The notes below the pieces were generated by a model that saw only the letters and a program-made list of their open reading frames with translations, was not told where the DNA came from and did not search any database. A stretch of 64,000 nt of DNA from Harriotta raleighana. Taxonomy: Eukaryota. The position numbers and the translations under genes are program-made. Of the stretch, positions 63,800 through 64,000 are shown in pieces (position 1 is the first letter of the stretch; each line of letters starts with the position of its first letter). The stretch spans positions 3,840,801-3,904,800 of the forward strand of contig JBNZDD010013686.1 in NCBI GenBank assembly GCA_050575255.1, given 5' to 3'.

Positions 63800-64000
63800 T
63801 AAGTGACTTGATCTTTAAAATGACTCATATCGTCTTCTGGCTTTGTTTTACTGAGAGGAACACACCTGGAGGTTATATCCCTGACTCGAGTATTTCACAT
63901 ATATTTTAAAATTAGGTTTATTTAGTTGTGGTCCACCAACAATGTTTTCTTCTCCCTACTCTCCATCCGTGTTTTTTTGTCTTTCACTGTTATTTCTCCT

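Noticed and set aside
46600-64000. AFF2 exon 4 (VSLPSDPSCVEEILR-like) or an intron-3 alternative first exon
   Set aside because: No matching sequence found by eye; it probably lies downstream. A short diverged exon could have been missed.

Overview
Vertebrate intronic DNA, probably from a cartilaginous fish (a chimaera/holocephalan is inferred from the repeat families; not proven). The window lies inside an AF4/FMR2-family gene that best matches AFF2 (FMR2) on the + strand. Two coding exons are present: exon 2 (43246-43366, 121 bp, missed by the ORF track) and the large exon 3 (45533-46462, 930 bp, containing the SIAH degron KPTAYVRPMDGQDQ). Exons 1 and 4 were not found, so the rest is intron 1 (>43 kb), intron 2 (2166 bp) and intron 3 (>17 kb). 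The introns carry young tRNA/Deu-domain SINEs with L2-type tails, older DeuSINE and LF-SINE-like relics, L2 and CR1 LINE 3' fragments, and four copies of a ~400-bp TA-flanked pogo/Tigger-like MITE. Four of the five single-N joins are flanked by duplicated sequence and look like assembly artefacts; the fifth ends a G run. Main leads, all untested: (1) an inverted MITE pair bracketing exons 2-3 as a circRNA scaffold; (2) a well-spaced intronic poly(A) site after exon 3 that could give an AF4-FelC-like short isoform; (3) a PU.1/RUNX/GC-box candidate internal promoter with a splice donor at ~16.2 kb; (4) NRF1 sites carried by the MITE; (5) a near-complete LF-SINE-like element. Family names come from recalled consensus sequences, not database searches. 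No clearly novel self-contained system is evident.
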